A DNA stretch of 64,000 nt from Chiloscyllium plagiosum (lineage: Eukaryota): the NCBI RefSeq assembly GCF_004010195.1, contig NC_057718.1, positions 74,382,210 to 74,446,209 on the forward strand, read 5' to 3'. The translations under genes were made by a program, and so were the position numbers. The notes below the pieces were generated by a model. The model was not told the DNA's origin. It was given only the letters and a program-made list of their open reading frames with translations, and made no database searches. Shown here piece by piece: positions 12,003 through 25,044 of this stretch. Position 1 is the first letter of the stretch; every line of letters starts with the position of its first letter.

Positions 12003-15000
12003 TGAGTAGAGTGGGTTCTTTCTTGATTATATGTTTTATTGAGATATGTCTCTTGATTAAACTGACATATAAGCCATAAGTATTAATTTAACCTGGAGCA
12101 GTGTTTTGTAGAGGAATAAGACAGTGCTATTTTCTGGGTGTGTAGATTGAAAGAAGCAAAAATGGCTTTTCGTAGTGTGATGTGCTGTTCTTGTCAATGT
12201 GGGAGTTTAGGGAGCGTTTACGGGTTACTGAAGATTATATCTGCAATAAATGCCGTTGGTTGTGAATCCTATCAGATCGAATGGATTGGTTGGAGAGACA
12301 GTTAGAGGAAATGAGGAATTTACAAGAGTAAGGGGATGTGATGGATGGCAGTTATAGGAAGGGGAAAAAGTTGTAGATACAGTCACATAGATAGGTTCAC
12401 TTCAGAAAAAGTAAGAGGGGAGAGGCAATTAGTGCAGGAATCTTCTATGGCTATCCCCATTTCAAACATTTATGTCCTTTTAGAAAATGTAGGGGGTGAT
12501 GGATTCTCAGGGGAACGCAGCACGAACAGTCAAGTTTCTGCTATTGAGACTGGCCCTAATGCAATGAGGCGTGCGTCAGGTTCCAAAGGATCGATTGTGT
12601 GAGGGGTCTCTCTAGTCTGAGGCACAGACAGATGTTTCTGTGGCCAGAAGCAAAAAAACAGAATGGTGTGTTGACTCCCTGGTGCCAGGATCAAGGCTGT
12701 CTCAGAGAGGGTGCAGAATGTTCTCAACAGGAAGAGGGGCCAGCCGGAAGTCATTGTACACATTGGAATCAATGACATAGGAAGGGAAAGGTTGAGATTC
12801 TGAAGAGAGTTAGGCAGGAATTTAAAAAGGAGGTCCTCAAGAGTAGTAATATCTGGATTACTCCTGGTGCGAGGAGCTAGTGAGGGCTGGGGAGCTGGTG
12901 AATGGGAGAAGGATTCCCATTTTTGGATCATTGGAAGCTCTTTTGGGGTAGAAGTGACCTGTACAAGAAGGATGGATTACACTTAAGTTGGAAGGGGACT
13001 TATATACTGGCAGGGAGATTTGCGCGTGAGACCAGGGAGATGGTGAGGAAAGAGATCAATCTGAGACTGGTACAGCTGAGAACAAAGGCAAGTCAGACAG
13101 TCAGGGTAGGCAGGGACAAAGCAGAGAACAAGGTAGGACTGATAAATTAAACTGCATTTATTTCAATGCAAGAGGCCTAACAGGGAAGGCAGATTAACTC
13201 AGGGCATGGTTAGGAACATGGGACTGGGATATCATAGCAATTACAGAAACATGGCTCAGGGATGGACAGGACTGGCAGCTTAATGTTCCAGGATACAAAT
13301 GCTACAGGAAGGATAGAAAGGGAGGCAAGAAAGGAGGGGGGATGGCATTTTTGATAAGGGATAGCATTACAGCTGTGCTGAGGGAAGATATTCCCAGAAA
13401 TACATCCAGGGAAGATATTTAGGTGGAACTGAGAAATAAGAAAGGGATGATAACATTATTGGGATGGCATTATAGACCCCCTAATAGTCAGAAGGAAATT
13501 GAGAAACAAACTTGTAAGGAGATCTCAGCTATCTGTAAGAATAATAGAGTAGTTATGGTAGGGGATTTTAACTTTCCAAACATCGACTGGGACTGACATA
13601 GTGTTAAGTGTTTAGATGGAGAGAAATTTGTTAAGTGCGTACAAGAAAATTTTCTGATTCAGTATGTGGATGTACCTACTAGAGAAGGTGCAAAACATGA
13701 CCTACTCTTGGGAAATAAGGCAGGGCAGGTGACTGAGGTGTCAGTGGGGGAGCACTTTGGGTCCATCTACCATAAATCTATTATTTTTTAAATAGTGATG
13801 GAAAAGGATAGACCAGATCTAAAAGTTGAAGTTCTAAATTGGAGAAAGGTCAATTTTGACGGTATTAGGCAAGAACTTTCGAAAGCTGATTGGAGGCAGA
13901 TGTTCACAGGTCAAGGGACAGCTGGAAAACGGGAAGCCTTCAGAAATGAGATAACAAGAATCCAAAGAAAGTATATTCCTGTTAGGGTGAAAGGAAAGGC
14001 TGGTAGGTATAGGGAATGCTGGATGACTAATGAAATTAAGAAAAAGAAGGAAGAATATGCCAGGTATAGACAGGATAGATCGAGTGAATCCTTAGAAGAG
14101 TATAAAGGCAGTAGGAGTATACTTAAGAGAGAAATCAGGAGGGCAAAAAGGGGACATTAGGTAGCTTTGGCAAATAGAGTTAAGGAGAATCCAAAGAGTT
14201 TTTACAAATGCATTCAAGATAAAAGGATAACTAGGGAGAGAATAGAACCCCTCAACGATCAGCAAGGTGGCCTTTGTGTGGAGCCGCAGGCGATGGGGCA
14301 GATGCTAAACGAGTATTTTGCATCAGTATTCACTGTGGAAAAGGACATGGAAGATATAGGGAACTAAACGGTGACATCTTGAAAAATGTCCATATTAGAG
14401 AGGAAGAAGAGCTGGATGTCTTGAAATGCATACAAGTGGATAAATCTCCAGGACCTGATCAGGTGTACCCTAGAACTCCATGGGAAGATAGGGAAGTGAT
14501 TGCTGGGCCTCTTACTGAGATATTTGTATCATCGATAGGCACAGGTGAGGTGCCAGAAGACTGGAGGTTGGCTAATGTGGTATCACTATTTAAGAAGGGA
14601 GGTAAGGACAAGCCAGGGAACTATAGACCGGTGAGCCTGACGTCAGTGATGGGGAAGTTGTTGGAGGGAATCCTGAGGGACAGAATGTACATGTATTTGG
14701 AAAGGCAATGGATAGTCAACATGGCTCTGTGTGTGGGAAATCATGTCTCCCAAACCTGATTGAGTTTTTTGAAGAAGTAACAAAGAGGATTGATGAAGGC
14801 AGAGCGGTAGATGTGATCTATATGGACTTCAGAAAGGCATTCAACAAGGTTCCCCATGGGAGACTGGTTAGCAAGGTTAGATCTCATGGAATACAGGGAG
14901 AACTAGCCATTTGGACACAGAACTGGCTTAAAGGTAGAAGACAGAGGATGGTGGTGGAGGTTTGTTTTTCAGACTGGAGGCCTGTGACCAATGGAGTGCG

Positions 15001-16343
15001 ACAAGGATCGGTGCTGGGTCCTCTAGTTTTCATCATTTATATAAATGATTTGGAAGTGAGCATAAGATATATAGTTAGGAAGTTTGCAGATAATACCAAA
15101 ATTGGAGGTGTAATGGACAGCGAAGAAGGTTATCTCAGATTACAATCTTGATCAGATGGGTCAATGGGCTGAGGAGTGGCAGATGGAGTTTAATTTAGAT
15201 AAATGCGAGGTGCTGCATTTTGGGAAAGCAAATCTTAGCAGCACTTATACACTTAATAGTAAGGTCCTAGGGAGTGTTGCTGTACAAAGAGACCTTGGAG
15301 TGCAGGTTCATAGCTCCCTGAAAGTGGAGTCACAGGTGGATAGGATAATGAAGAAGGTATTTGGTATGCTTACTTTTACTGGTCAGAGTATTGAGTTCAG
15401 GAGTTAGATGGTCATGTTGCGGTTGTACAGGACATTGGTTCGGCCACTGTTGGAATATTGCATGTAATTCTGGTCTCCTTTCTATCAGAAGGATGTTGTG
15501 AAACTTGAAAACGTTCAGAAAAGATTTACAAGGATGTTGCCAGGGTTGGAGCTATAGGGAGAGGTTGAATAGGCTTGGGCTGTTTTCCTGGAGTATCGGA
15601 AGCTGAGCAGTAACCTTATAGAGGTTTATAAAATCATAAGGGGCATGAATAGGATACAAAGACAAAGTCTTTTCCCTGGTGTGGGCAAGTCCCGAACTAG
15701 AGGGCATAGGTTTAGGGTGAGAGGGGAAAAATATAAAAGAGACCTAATGGGCAACCTTTTCATGCAGAGGGTGGTACAGAGGGTGGTATGCAATGAGCTG
15801 CCAGAGCAAGTGGTGGAGGCTGGTACAATTGCAACATTTAAAAGGCATCTGGATGGGTATATGAATAGGAAGGGTTTGGAGAGATATCGGCCGGGTGCTG
15901 GCAGGTTGGACTAGATGGGGTTGGGATATCTGGTTAGCATGAACGGGTTGGACCGATGGGTCTGTTTCCATGCTGTACATCTCTGTGACTGTATGACTCT
16001 CAGCTGGAATTTGGTGCACTTCCCACAGATGTTGTCTGCAGGGACACTCGTGGTGACCCTTACCTCCCACATTCTGCAGGAGGAACATTGAACTGCCCTA
16101 ACCTCCATTCCTACTATTCTAAATTCCCAACGATACAACTGAAAAACTAAAAAAAAAACACCTTCCCAATCCAGCACACAGATTCTTTTTTTTGGTTAGA
16201 GGAGGAGGACATGTGAGAGACACTACCCAACTAGTGTTTAGGGTAAAGCTTCCACCCAAATATAAAGCCTCACTTACCCAGCAGCCCCATATCTGCTCCT
16301 GCTCAGTGTGCACTCCGTTTATACACAAGGTAAGTTCTTATAT

Positions 16344-17686
16344 ACCTTACCAATGCTCCCTGGGATTCAGTATGGTACGCATTTGATGTAAAGTGTTTAA
16401 TGCCTGAACTGTCTATGAACTCTCTAAATAATTTGGCAGTAAAATTGGACTTTGCTCTGACTGAATCGCCCTGGGGAGTCCACAACAGCTAAAGAAAGTA
16501 AGCAACTCCTCCACAACCCTTTTTGCCTTGACATTCTGCAATGGAGTTGCCTCTGGAAACTTGGAAGCCATGTCCATTATGGTTAGTAAATATTGTTTCC
16601 CACTTTGGTTTTAGGGAGGGGACCTGCACAATAAATTATAACCCATGTAAATACTTCTTTGAATGTGGTAATTGGCACTGGCTTGCTCACCGCCTGTGAT
16701 TTTCCTACTGTCTGACACAAATGACAGATACTACACAAATTCAATCGCATCTTTATGTAATCCGGGCCAATAAAAATGCTTCTGCATCTTAGCCTGAGTC
16801 TTCTTCAATCCTAGATGACCTCCGACAGGTAATTCATGTGCTACCCACAATATTTCCAGTCTGTATGCCACACAATCTAGTGACCTTCTATCCATTTCTC
16901 ATCTGCATTAACCTGCCGTAGTCTCCATTTCCGCCTTAAGATTTTGTCCTTAAGGTAATAGCATTCTGGAATACACTTGGATTCCTTTTCTGAATAGGCT
17001 TTATGATATAATTCCTTTATCATCTCATATCTTTATTGTAAGTCCATTAATCTGCCAGGACTAAACACCTCTACCTGATTGGCTATGATGAGTTTGGTCA
17101 TAATCACTTCTATCCTGTACTTTTATTTCTGTCATTTGAAGTCTGTTTGCTTCAAGTTCCAATTTCATCTTTTCCAACTCGAACATTCTTTCCCTTTCTT
17201 TATGTTTTTCCCTTTTTTCTGCCATGGCCTTCCTCTCCTTGCCTTTTCCTCTTCTTTTAACTGTTTCAGTTCCCTTTCTTCTCTCTCTTTTTCCCATTTA
17301 TTGTGTAACTCCAATTGTCTCATTTGCAATTTAATTTTTTTCTAACTCCATTGTACATGACTGTTTCTCTGATATACCTAAATGCTTGGCTAACTCCATT
17401 ACAATTTTAGCTTTCCTATTATCCTGAGTTAAACCTAATTTTAGCCTGTTTGCTAATTCTAAAAGTGTCACCTTTGTTCGTCTTTCTAAAATTTCTTGGC
17501 AGGTTTGGGAAGCATCTTCGACCCCCAGTTAAGAACTGTTATGAGCCATTTCTCCACTTTTAAATTAACCAACAACAAGCAACCGAAATTAAACAGATTT
17601 TTCACTTCTCCCTTAAGTGGACAGTGTTTAAATCTGTCCAAATCCCAGACCCGATCTGTCCAAATACTGGACTCAAGCCCCCTTTC
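16344..17686 (-). mobile_element. Gmr1-like Gypsy element, 5' internal part: gag N-terminus joined by a deletion to the integrase zinc finger and core
   Basis: AHELPVGGHLGLKKT..HFYWPGL, GPLPKT..QYLLTIMDMASKFPEA, SNAYHTESQGALVR which continues as WHQML at 2333; coiled-coil gag at 17061-17297; PBS-like GGGGGCT next to the LTR. Confidence 0.85.
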
Positions 17687-18538
17687 TCTTATAAAGCAGA
17701 GATTGACGCACCCACTGAAACTACAATCGAATCACCAAAGGGGAGCACCTCGTCCTATATTCTGTTAAAATGAGCGTGAAAAGGGGTGTAATCTGTTTTT
17801 TCAGCAACGTCTAGTGGTTAAGTAAACAAGATCCCTGACGCTCACTTTACAATCCATAAGTCACAATTTGTTTATCTAACAGTGAACAAATGTACTTAAC
17901 TATTAACAGACTGAGCAATTCCCCTCTGACTACTATTACTGAACAATGCAAGATTCTAATGGTATGCTGTTCCAATAAATTTAAGCCCCACTTATATAAC
18001 AAAACAATAGAATTTAGTCTCTCAAAATTACAGCCAGGCTACCTGTCTTCTGGAACTTTCTGTGTCTTCTCCGCTATTCTTCTGTCAGGAATCTTTCTCT
18101 GTAGTTTCTTCTTCAGGAATTTAGATGGTGCGCCACGATGGGTGGTAAATAGATGGCGCTTTCTCAAAGAGCTGAGAGCTGTTATCGCTTAGCAGATGGT
18201 AGTTGGCTTCCCCCAATTTTTCAACTGCCCCCTTCTTTATACCCTTGATGACCAATCAATATTTTTACAGTTGGATTGGTCCTAGGTTGACAAAACCATC
18301 AGATTTAAATTGAATAGATTTTTGGTAGCTGAAGACCTGATTCAAATCGATTGGCTAAATTAAAAAACACTGTTGTCTTGATAAAAACTGCTGCTTGTCC
18401 TTTCGATAAAAAATGTTTCAATCTGACTCTTTCTGTTCCTGCAAACTTTGAAGCATCTCACAAACATACATTTTAAATCTAAGCACTGAAGAAATGCCAT
18501 CATTTAAAGGGACCACATACTGCTTTCCCCAATTTACA
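17687..18538 (-). repeat. 5' LTR of the Gmr1-like Gypsy element
   Basis: Adjacent to the PBS-like site; begins TGTAAATTGGGG on the - strand; the partner LTR is not in the window. Confidence 0.6.
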
Positions 18539-18589
18539 ATTTTACAATTTTACACACACCAACTTTGCAAGACATACAAGATTCACAAA

Positions 18590-19006
18590 ATTATTGTGTA
18601 TAGGTACAGCAAGTAATTAGAAAAGCTAATGAAAAGTTATTATTAATTAAAATGTGAATTGAACACAAATGCAAAGATGTTATGCTTCATTGACAAAGCG
18701 CACTAATGAGACTACACCTGAGTACAATGGGCAGAATCGGTCACCTTATTTAACAAGGAGACAGTTTCAGAGAAGATTTACAGGACTAATGCCTGAAATG
18801 TGCAAGATGGTCTATGAGGAAACGTTTATATCAGCTGGGAGACTCTAGGTCCAGGGGTCACTGTTTAAAAATCAGGGGTCATGCATTTAAAACAGAGATT
18901 AGGTGCAATTATTTTATTTCAGAGAGGTATAAGTCTTTGTCAGAAATGTCTTCCTTAAAAGGTGGTGGATGCAGAATGTTTGAATATTTTTAAGGCAGAG
19001 GTAGAT
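18590..19006 (+). mobile_element. Old degraded CR1 ORF2 3' fragment
   Basis: aagtaattagaaaagctaatg...VVDAECLNIFKAEVD. Confidence 0.7.
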
Positions 19007-19240
19007 AAAGAACAAAGAACAATACAGCATAAGATCAGGCCATTCACCCCCTCCAAGCCTGTGCTGACACAATTTACCCTTCCATATTCAAACTGTCTTC
19101 GCTTACAGAATCCATTTCTTCTATTCCCTTCCTATTCATGTATTTGGGGAGAAAGTGAGGTCTGCAGATGCTGGAGATCAAAGTTGAAACTTTATTGCTG
19201 GAACAGCACAGCAGGTCAGGCAGCATCCAGGGAACAGGAG

Positions 19241-19276
19241 ATTCGACGTTTCGGGCACAGGCCCTTCTTCAGGAAT
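19241..19276 (-). ncRNA. Minimal hammerhead ribozyme motif (inverted pLTR copy)
   Basis: Exact reverse complement of 21736-21771. Confidence 0.8.
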
Positions 19277-19641
19277 GAGCAGAGAGTGTTCAGCAGGAGA
19301 AGATAAAAGGTAGGGAGGAGGGACTTGGAGGAGGGGCGTTGGAAATGTGATAGGTGGAAAGAGTTACAATAATCCATAATCAGTGTTTTGGCAACATTAT
19401 GGAGACTGTGTTTGTTTCTATCCAGGTCAGGAATTCTTTCTTTGAAAACCTTGGGCCAACTGTTTTTTGGATAAAGGATATTTTTCGTTCTTGAATGCAC
19501 TTTTTTCCCTCCACTGACCTGAACCGACGTACAGGCAAACTGAGTTTAGCTGCTTTGGAGGAAGGCTACACTTTTAGATGTGTTCAGGCTAAGTGAAGAT
19601 TTTTTCCCAAGGTGCTCAAACTCAACATGATTATAGATCTA

Positions 19642-20287
19642 GGGTGTAGCTTTGCTCGCTGAGCTGTAGGTTTGATATCCAGACGTTTCATTATCTGGCT
19701 AGGTAACATCATCAGTGGCGACCTCCAAGTGAAGCGAAGCTGTTGTCTCCTGCTTTCTAATTATATGTTTGTCCTGGATGGGGTTCCTGGGTTTTGTGGT
19801 GATGTCATTTCCTGTATGTTTTCTGAGGGGTTGATCGATGGTATCTAGATCTATGTGTTTGTTTTTGGCGTTGTGGTTGGAGTGCCAGGCCTCTAGGAAT
19901 TCTCTGGCATGTCTTTGCTTAGCCTGTCCCAGGATAGATGTGTTGCCTCAGTCGAAATGGTGTTTTTTTTCCTCCGTGTGTAGGGCTACGAGGGAGAGAG
20001 GGTCGTGTCTTTTTGTGGCTAGCTGGTGTTCGGGTATCCTGGTGGTTAACTTTCTTCCTGTTTGTCCTACATAGTGTTTGTGGCAGTCCTTGCATGGAAT
20101 TTTGTAGATGACGTTGGCTTTGTCCATGGGATGCACTGGGTCTTTTAAGTTTGTTAGTTTTTGTTTAAGAGTATTGGTAGGTTTGTGTGCTACTAGGATT
20201 CCAAGGGGTTTTAGTAGTCTGGCTGTCAAAAAAAAACCACCATTTCGACTGGGATAACACATCTATCCTGGGACAGGCTAAGCAAAG
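19642..20287 (-). mobile_element. Penelope-like (Poseidon type) 3' fragment with short 5' inversion
   Basis: GIY-YIG NVIYKIPCKDCHKHYVGQTGRKL; 20228-20287 is an inverted copy of about 19914-19970; hammerhead-like CCA-CTGATGA...GAAACGTC-TGG at about 19679-19718. Confidence 0.85.
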
Positions 20288-21735
20288 CCAGGCCTCCTGA
20301 GTTTCTCCAGCAATTGCTGTTTCTGTTTCAGATATCCAGCATTCACAGTTCCTTGTTTTATTTTAGCTCTTCTGCCTCTGTTGTAGATGAATTGATTGTG
20401 ATTGCTTTGATTGGTCAACAACTCCCTCATGTTATGCCAGAATGAAAAGAGGTAACACAGATGAAATGTGAGGCAGAGTTTTATATTTTCGAGAAAGTTT
20501 AATCTCCCTCCTGTTGTGATGTTCACACATAAACATGTTGATATTGGGTCAAGGTCCCTGATATCATTGTGACCAATTATGAAATTATGACCAGCAAGAA
20601 GGTTCAAAAGTCAGAAGCCTGTCCTTTTTTTTAAATGCAATTAAAGAATAGTTTATGTAGTTAGCCAGGCAATTCACTGAAAATTAATGCAGCTGTATGA
20701 TTTAATAGATTCAAGGGTCAGACAAGCAGGGAGGGATTACTACAGGATATCTCAAAGGATAAAAGCAAGCATGAGAGCAAAACACTGAGGAGTAGGAGGA
20801 GGCTGCAGCTGAGACTGCAGTAGAGCCCAGTGAAGTAGTCTAATTGTTTTTCTCATGGTTGATTTTAAGGAATAAAGGGGTCATTGTGCTGGCTCGCATG
20901 AAAGAAGGCTTAAATCAAGGAGGAGCAATTTCAGAGCATTGTGATAGCAACAGAAGTCTTGGTAATAGTCTGTTCCAGTGGAGTTTCCTTCAATGAAGAG
21001 GAGGAAAGTAGAAGGAGGGAGAGGGGCTGTTAGCAACGAGTGTCAACAGCACTCCCTCCGCGACTCCCTTGTCAGATCCACACCCCCCACCGATCCAACC
21101 TCCACTCCCGGCACCTTCCCTTGCAACCGCCGGAGGTGCAACACTTGCGCCCACACCTCCCCCCCTCACTTTTCTCCAAGTCCCCAAAGGAAACTTCCAT
21201 ATCCGCCACAGATTCACCTGCACCTCCACCCACATTATCTACTGCATCCGCTGCAGCCGGTGTGGCCTCCTCTATATTGGGGAGACAGGCCGCCTACTTG
21301 CGGAGTGATTCAGAGAGCACCTCTGGGCCACCTGGACGAACCAACCCAACCACCCTGTAGCACAGCATTTCAACTCCTCCTCCCACTCCACCGAGGATAT
21401 GCAGGTCATTGGACTCATCCACCGCCAAACCACAACAACCCGATGGTCGGAGGAGGAGCGTCTTATCTTCCGACTGGGAGCCCTCCAACCGCAGGGGATG
21501 AACTTGGGCTTCACCAGTTTCTTCCTCCCCCCTCCCCCCACCTTGTCTCCGCCGGATCCTTCCAGCCCGGCACCGCCTTCCTGCCCTGCAGTCTTCTTCT
21601 TGCCCTCTCCGCCTCCACCCTACTCCGACCTATCACCTTCACCTTTACCTCTTTCCACCTATCACATTTCCAACGCCCCTCCTCCATGTCCCTCCTCCCT
21701 ACCTTTTATCTTCTCCTGCTGAACACTCTCTGCTC

Positions 21736-21771
21736 ATTCCTGAAGAAGGGCCTGTGCCCGAAACGTCGAAT
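21736..21771 (+). ncRNA. Minimal type I hammerhead ribozyme motif
   Basis: ATTC-CTGAAGA-A-GGGC(ctgt)GCCC-GAAA-C-GTC-GAAT: stem I ATTC/GAAT, GUC cleavage triplet. Confidence 0.82.
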
Positions 21772-23744
21772 CTCCTGTTCCCTGGATGCTGCCTGACCTG
21801 CTGTGCTGTTCCAGCAATAAAGTTTCAACTATTCATGTATTTGTCAAACTGCCTCTTGAATGCTACTGTTGTGTCTGCTTCTACCACCTCCTCTGGCAAT
21901 GCATTCCAGGCACTCACCACCCTTCGTGAGAAAAACTTGCCTCTCACATCTGTTTTAAACTTCCTCCTCACACCTTGAACCTGTGTAATTGACCCCTCCA
22001 CTCTGGTAAAAGCCTCATACTTTCCACTGTATCAATGCCATTCACAATCTTATAAACTTCTTACATTGCCACTCAACCTCCTGCGTTCCAGGGAAAACAA
22101 ACACAATCTATTCAATTTTTCTTCATAGCTAAAATCCCCTTATCAGGCAACATCCTGATAAGCCTTTTCTGTACTGTCTCCAAAGCATCCACATTCTTCT
22201 AGTGTCTGTTTATGGTTATGATATTTCCCCAGAATATATCAGGTTTAGTTTGCTAGAAACAATATCTGCTCTTAATATAACAATATTACAACAACCTTAC
22301 CTACTTGCAGAAGTTAAATGAAACCTTAAAAGAAATATGTTTTCTGAGATCCACATGTAAAAAGCAAATTGAAATCTTTATGATACCTAGAAAGGCCTAT
22401 TGGATATAATAAAACATTATGAGATAGATCAATGAAACACTATTCTATTACACCCAGACAGTCTGGTTTAGCCAATATATTACTGAATTTATAGCTTCAG
22501 TTAGCGATGAAGTACATATGGTTTTGAGGGTTGTGTGATTACAGCTATCAAATGGTTGTTTTTTGTGATATGAGAATAACTGAGCTGTTATGAGTTTTTT
22601 TTCTCATTTTCCAATGTTTTATTTATAACTATCTTTAAGTCTAATGTTTCGATTGACAGCTGATTGAATGCATCTATTTCCACCTTAAACATAAGAACAA
22701 TTACAGCTTGGGCCACAACTATCAGCAGAAAAGGGCATCTTTTTGCTCTTCTCTGGCTCCATGAGATCTAAGGGCTGAATATGTCTTTTCTTTGGCGAAG
22801 TGTAAGATGACTCGAGTTTGCTGGAGTGAGTCTCATAACAAGGCTGAGCAAGGTTTTTTTTAAAAAAATTCATTCATGAGATGTGGGTGTTGCTGGCTGA
22901 TCCAAAATTAATTGCCTGTCCCTAATTGCTGAGAGAACAGTTAAGAGTCAACCACATAGCTGTGGGTCTGGAGTCATGTGTAGGCCAAACCAGGGTAAGG
23001 ATAGCAGATTTTCTTCCCTATAGGACTTTACCAAACTCTCCACATTAATTAGCACTTGAGCCCTTGTGGCAAGAATCATGCCCAGTCTCTGCCCCATCTT
23101 ACCATGAGTCATTTCCAGAGCACGTTGAAGCTCACTGGAGATCCTGGAATTCACTGGTATCCTTGGCACTCATACTGTACTTAACAGGTCAGTGTTCATC
23201 CACACAGGATCAGAGCTGCCCAACATAGTCCCTGAATTTGCCCTGGATATGAAATTGCCACTGTGGTTCTGGAGGTGGTTCCAAGATGGGACTTCCTCTT
23301 CCCCAAGGAAGAGTAGTAGAGGCCATGACATCACATCAGGCCAACCTGCTTCATGGTTGCCATCCAGGTGAGAACAGTCTCAGCTGTCCAGAAAAATACC
23401 CAGTACTTAAAGAAGAAAATCAATGCCTTTCCCCGTTAGTTGTTAATCACCCCTACCTGCAATACCACTACTCCTGCTCATCAATGCACAAAAACGCAAT
23501 GCAAGACAGTGAAGCCACAACCATCAATCAAGCAATGAGTTCAGAGATTCAGTCTCACCTAGTCTATGAGCTGGGTGCATGTGCCTGAGCGCAAGGTGTC
23601 CTTAATGTAGCTTTACATCAATAATTACTTCGACAGCCCAAGGTGTAGAATTGATGTAAGTGGATTGTAGTTGTATCATAGAGATTCATAGAGTTATGTA
23701 CATGTCACCGCAGGAGACAGAGAGTGATGGTGGGGGGTTGTTTT

Positions 23745-24200
23745 TCAGGGTGAACGGTTGTTTTTCAGACTGGAGGCTTGTTTCCAATGATATTCCACAG
23801 GGATTGGTGCTGGATCAACTTTTGTTTATCATTTATATAAATGATTTTGATGAGAATATAGAAGGCATAATTAGCACGTTTATGGATGACACCAAAATTT
23901 ATGGTATAGTGGACAATGAAGAAGGTTATCTGAGATGGTTTGGAAGGTTTGAGTTATAAGGAGAAAGATTTTAAAAATAGATGAAAAGGTGTTTTTTTAA
24001 TACAGAGTGGTTTGCGTGTGAAATGAACTTCCAGAGGAAGTGGTGGATACGGGCACAGTTAACATTTAAAAGACTTTTTGATAAGTACACGAAAACAAAA
24101 TGTTTGGACGGATATGGGCCAAGTATGGGCAAGTGAGATTAGTTTAGTGTCGGATTATGGTCGACATGGACTGGACGGTCTGTTTCCATGCTATATTACT
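23745..24200 (+). mobile_element. Degraded, internally deleted CR1 RT and 3' fragment
   Basis: VNGCFSDWRLVSNDIPQGLVLDQLLFIIYINDFD..FMDDTKI. Confidence 0.8.
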
Positions 24201-24687
24201 CTAGAAGTATATGTGGGGGAGTATATGTGGATGGTGCCCATGGAATGTGCCCAAGATATTGATACCCAGTATAAAACATGGAGGTCTATTTGTCCAAGAA
24301 CCTTCTCTGGTTTCCTTGTCAAGTTTTCCTGAACACTAGTTTGTATGGCAAGTTTGATAGCATCACGAACTGTGGAGAATAGGCTTTTAACAAGCAATAA
24401 TGAGTGTCAATTGGGAACTCGTTGCTGCTTAAAAAGAATCTTTACACGCTGCTTGAACAAAGCAAACAAGATCTCAACTTCAAGATGGTCCTCACTAAAC
24501 ACTGTCAGATTCTTCCATTCATCTCACCAAAGTTGACATCGCTCAGAGCTCTGAAGGTTTCACCCTAATATTTTATGGATATAGCTTGTTGATTGTCAAT
24601 TTTACTCTACAACTATAGTATTTCATGAACACTATACATTCTCATATTCTGGATAATTTCCTCTTATATAGTATGAATTATATTATT

Positions 24688-25044
24688 CATAGAATTATAG
24701 AATCCCTACAGTGTGGAAACAGGTCATTTGGCCCAACAAGTCCACACTGACCCTCTGAAGAGTATCCCACCCAGTCCATTCCTCTGGCCTATTGCTCGAC
24801 ATTTCCCTTGACTAATGCACCTCACCTATGTATCCCTGACAACTATGAGCAATTTAGCCTGGCCAATTCACCTAACCTGCACACCTTTGGGCTGTGGGAG
24901 GAAACCAGAGCACCCGGAGGGTACCCACGCAGTCGCAGGGAGAATGCAAACTGCATACAGACAGTCACCCGAGGCTGGAACCGAGCTCTGTGTCCCTGGT
25001 ACTGTGAGGCAGCAGTGCTATCCGCTGAGCCACCATGCCACCCT
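24688..25044 (-). mobile_element. HE1-type SINE
   Basis: On the - strand starts gggtggcatggtggctcagcggatagcactgctgcctcacag (tRNA-like A box) and ends in a CR1-like tail. Confidence 0.85.

Larger units (their letters stand above)
8942..16000 (+). mobile_element. Full-length decayed CR1 LINE (CR1-C): 5' UTR, ORF1 (zinc finger plus esterase), ORF2 (APE-RT)
   Basis: 5' UTR with (GA)n; ORF1 from about 12162 (MAFRSVMCCSCQ, FLDHWKLFWGRSDLYKKDGLHL); ORF2 about 13140-15914 with many stops and frameshifts; tail gtgactgtatgactct. Confidence 0.9.
2334..16320 (-). mobile_element. Near full-length decayed CR1 LINE (CR1-A), pieces 2334-3480, 6254-8941 and 16001-16320, interrupted by nested insertions
   Basis: 3' tail at 2334; RT and APE endonuclease fragments; ORF1 esterase (IGDSIVQGTDRRFCG) at about 8.4-8.6 kb; ORF1 zinc finger CSSCRMWE..ICGKCTKFQL (16.0-16.1 kb) joins LENLIRELELELDEL (8.9 kb). 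Confidence 0.9.
19147..21828 (+). mobile_element. Penelope-like (Neptune) insertion: inverted pLTR, 1.7-kb foreign segment, GIY-YIG 3' end
   Basis: 19147-19363 is the near-identical reverse complement of the 3' end at about 21647-21828 plus a tail; GIY-YIG (HIIYCIRCSRCGLLYIGETGR) at 21.05-21.5 kb; 15-bp TSD CTATTCATGTATTTG at 19132-19146 and 21829-21843. Confidence 0.88.
19007..22200 (-). mobile_element. CR1 3'-end fragment (19007-19146 plus 21829-22200) split by a Penelope insertion
   Basis: aagaacaaagaac tail; ...ccctt-cctattcatgtatttg|tcaaactgcctcttgaatg is contiguous CR1 3' sequence once the insert is removed. Confidence 0.85.

Noticed and set aside
22685..22873. Short ORF or candidate exon in unique sequence
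   Set aside because: All + frames between the splice-like sites contain stops; the - ORF is unrecognisable
24191..24560. Protein-like minus-strand frame (DEWKNLTVFSEDHL..)
   Set aside because: Interrupted by a stop and no recognisable homology
24960..25044. tRNA genes at SINE heads
   Set aside because: A/B-box-like motifs run on into SINE bodies; no full cloverleaf
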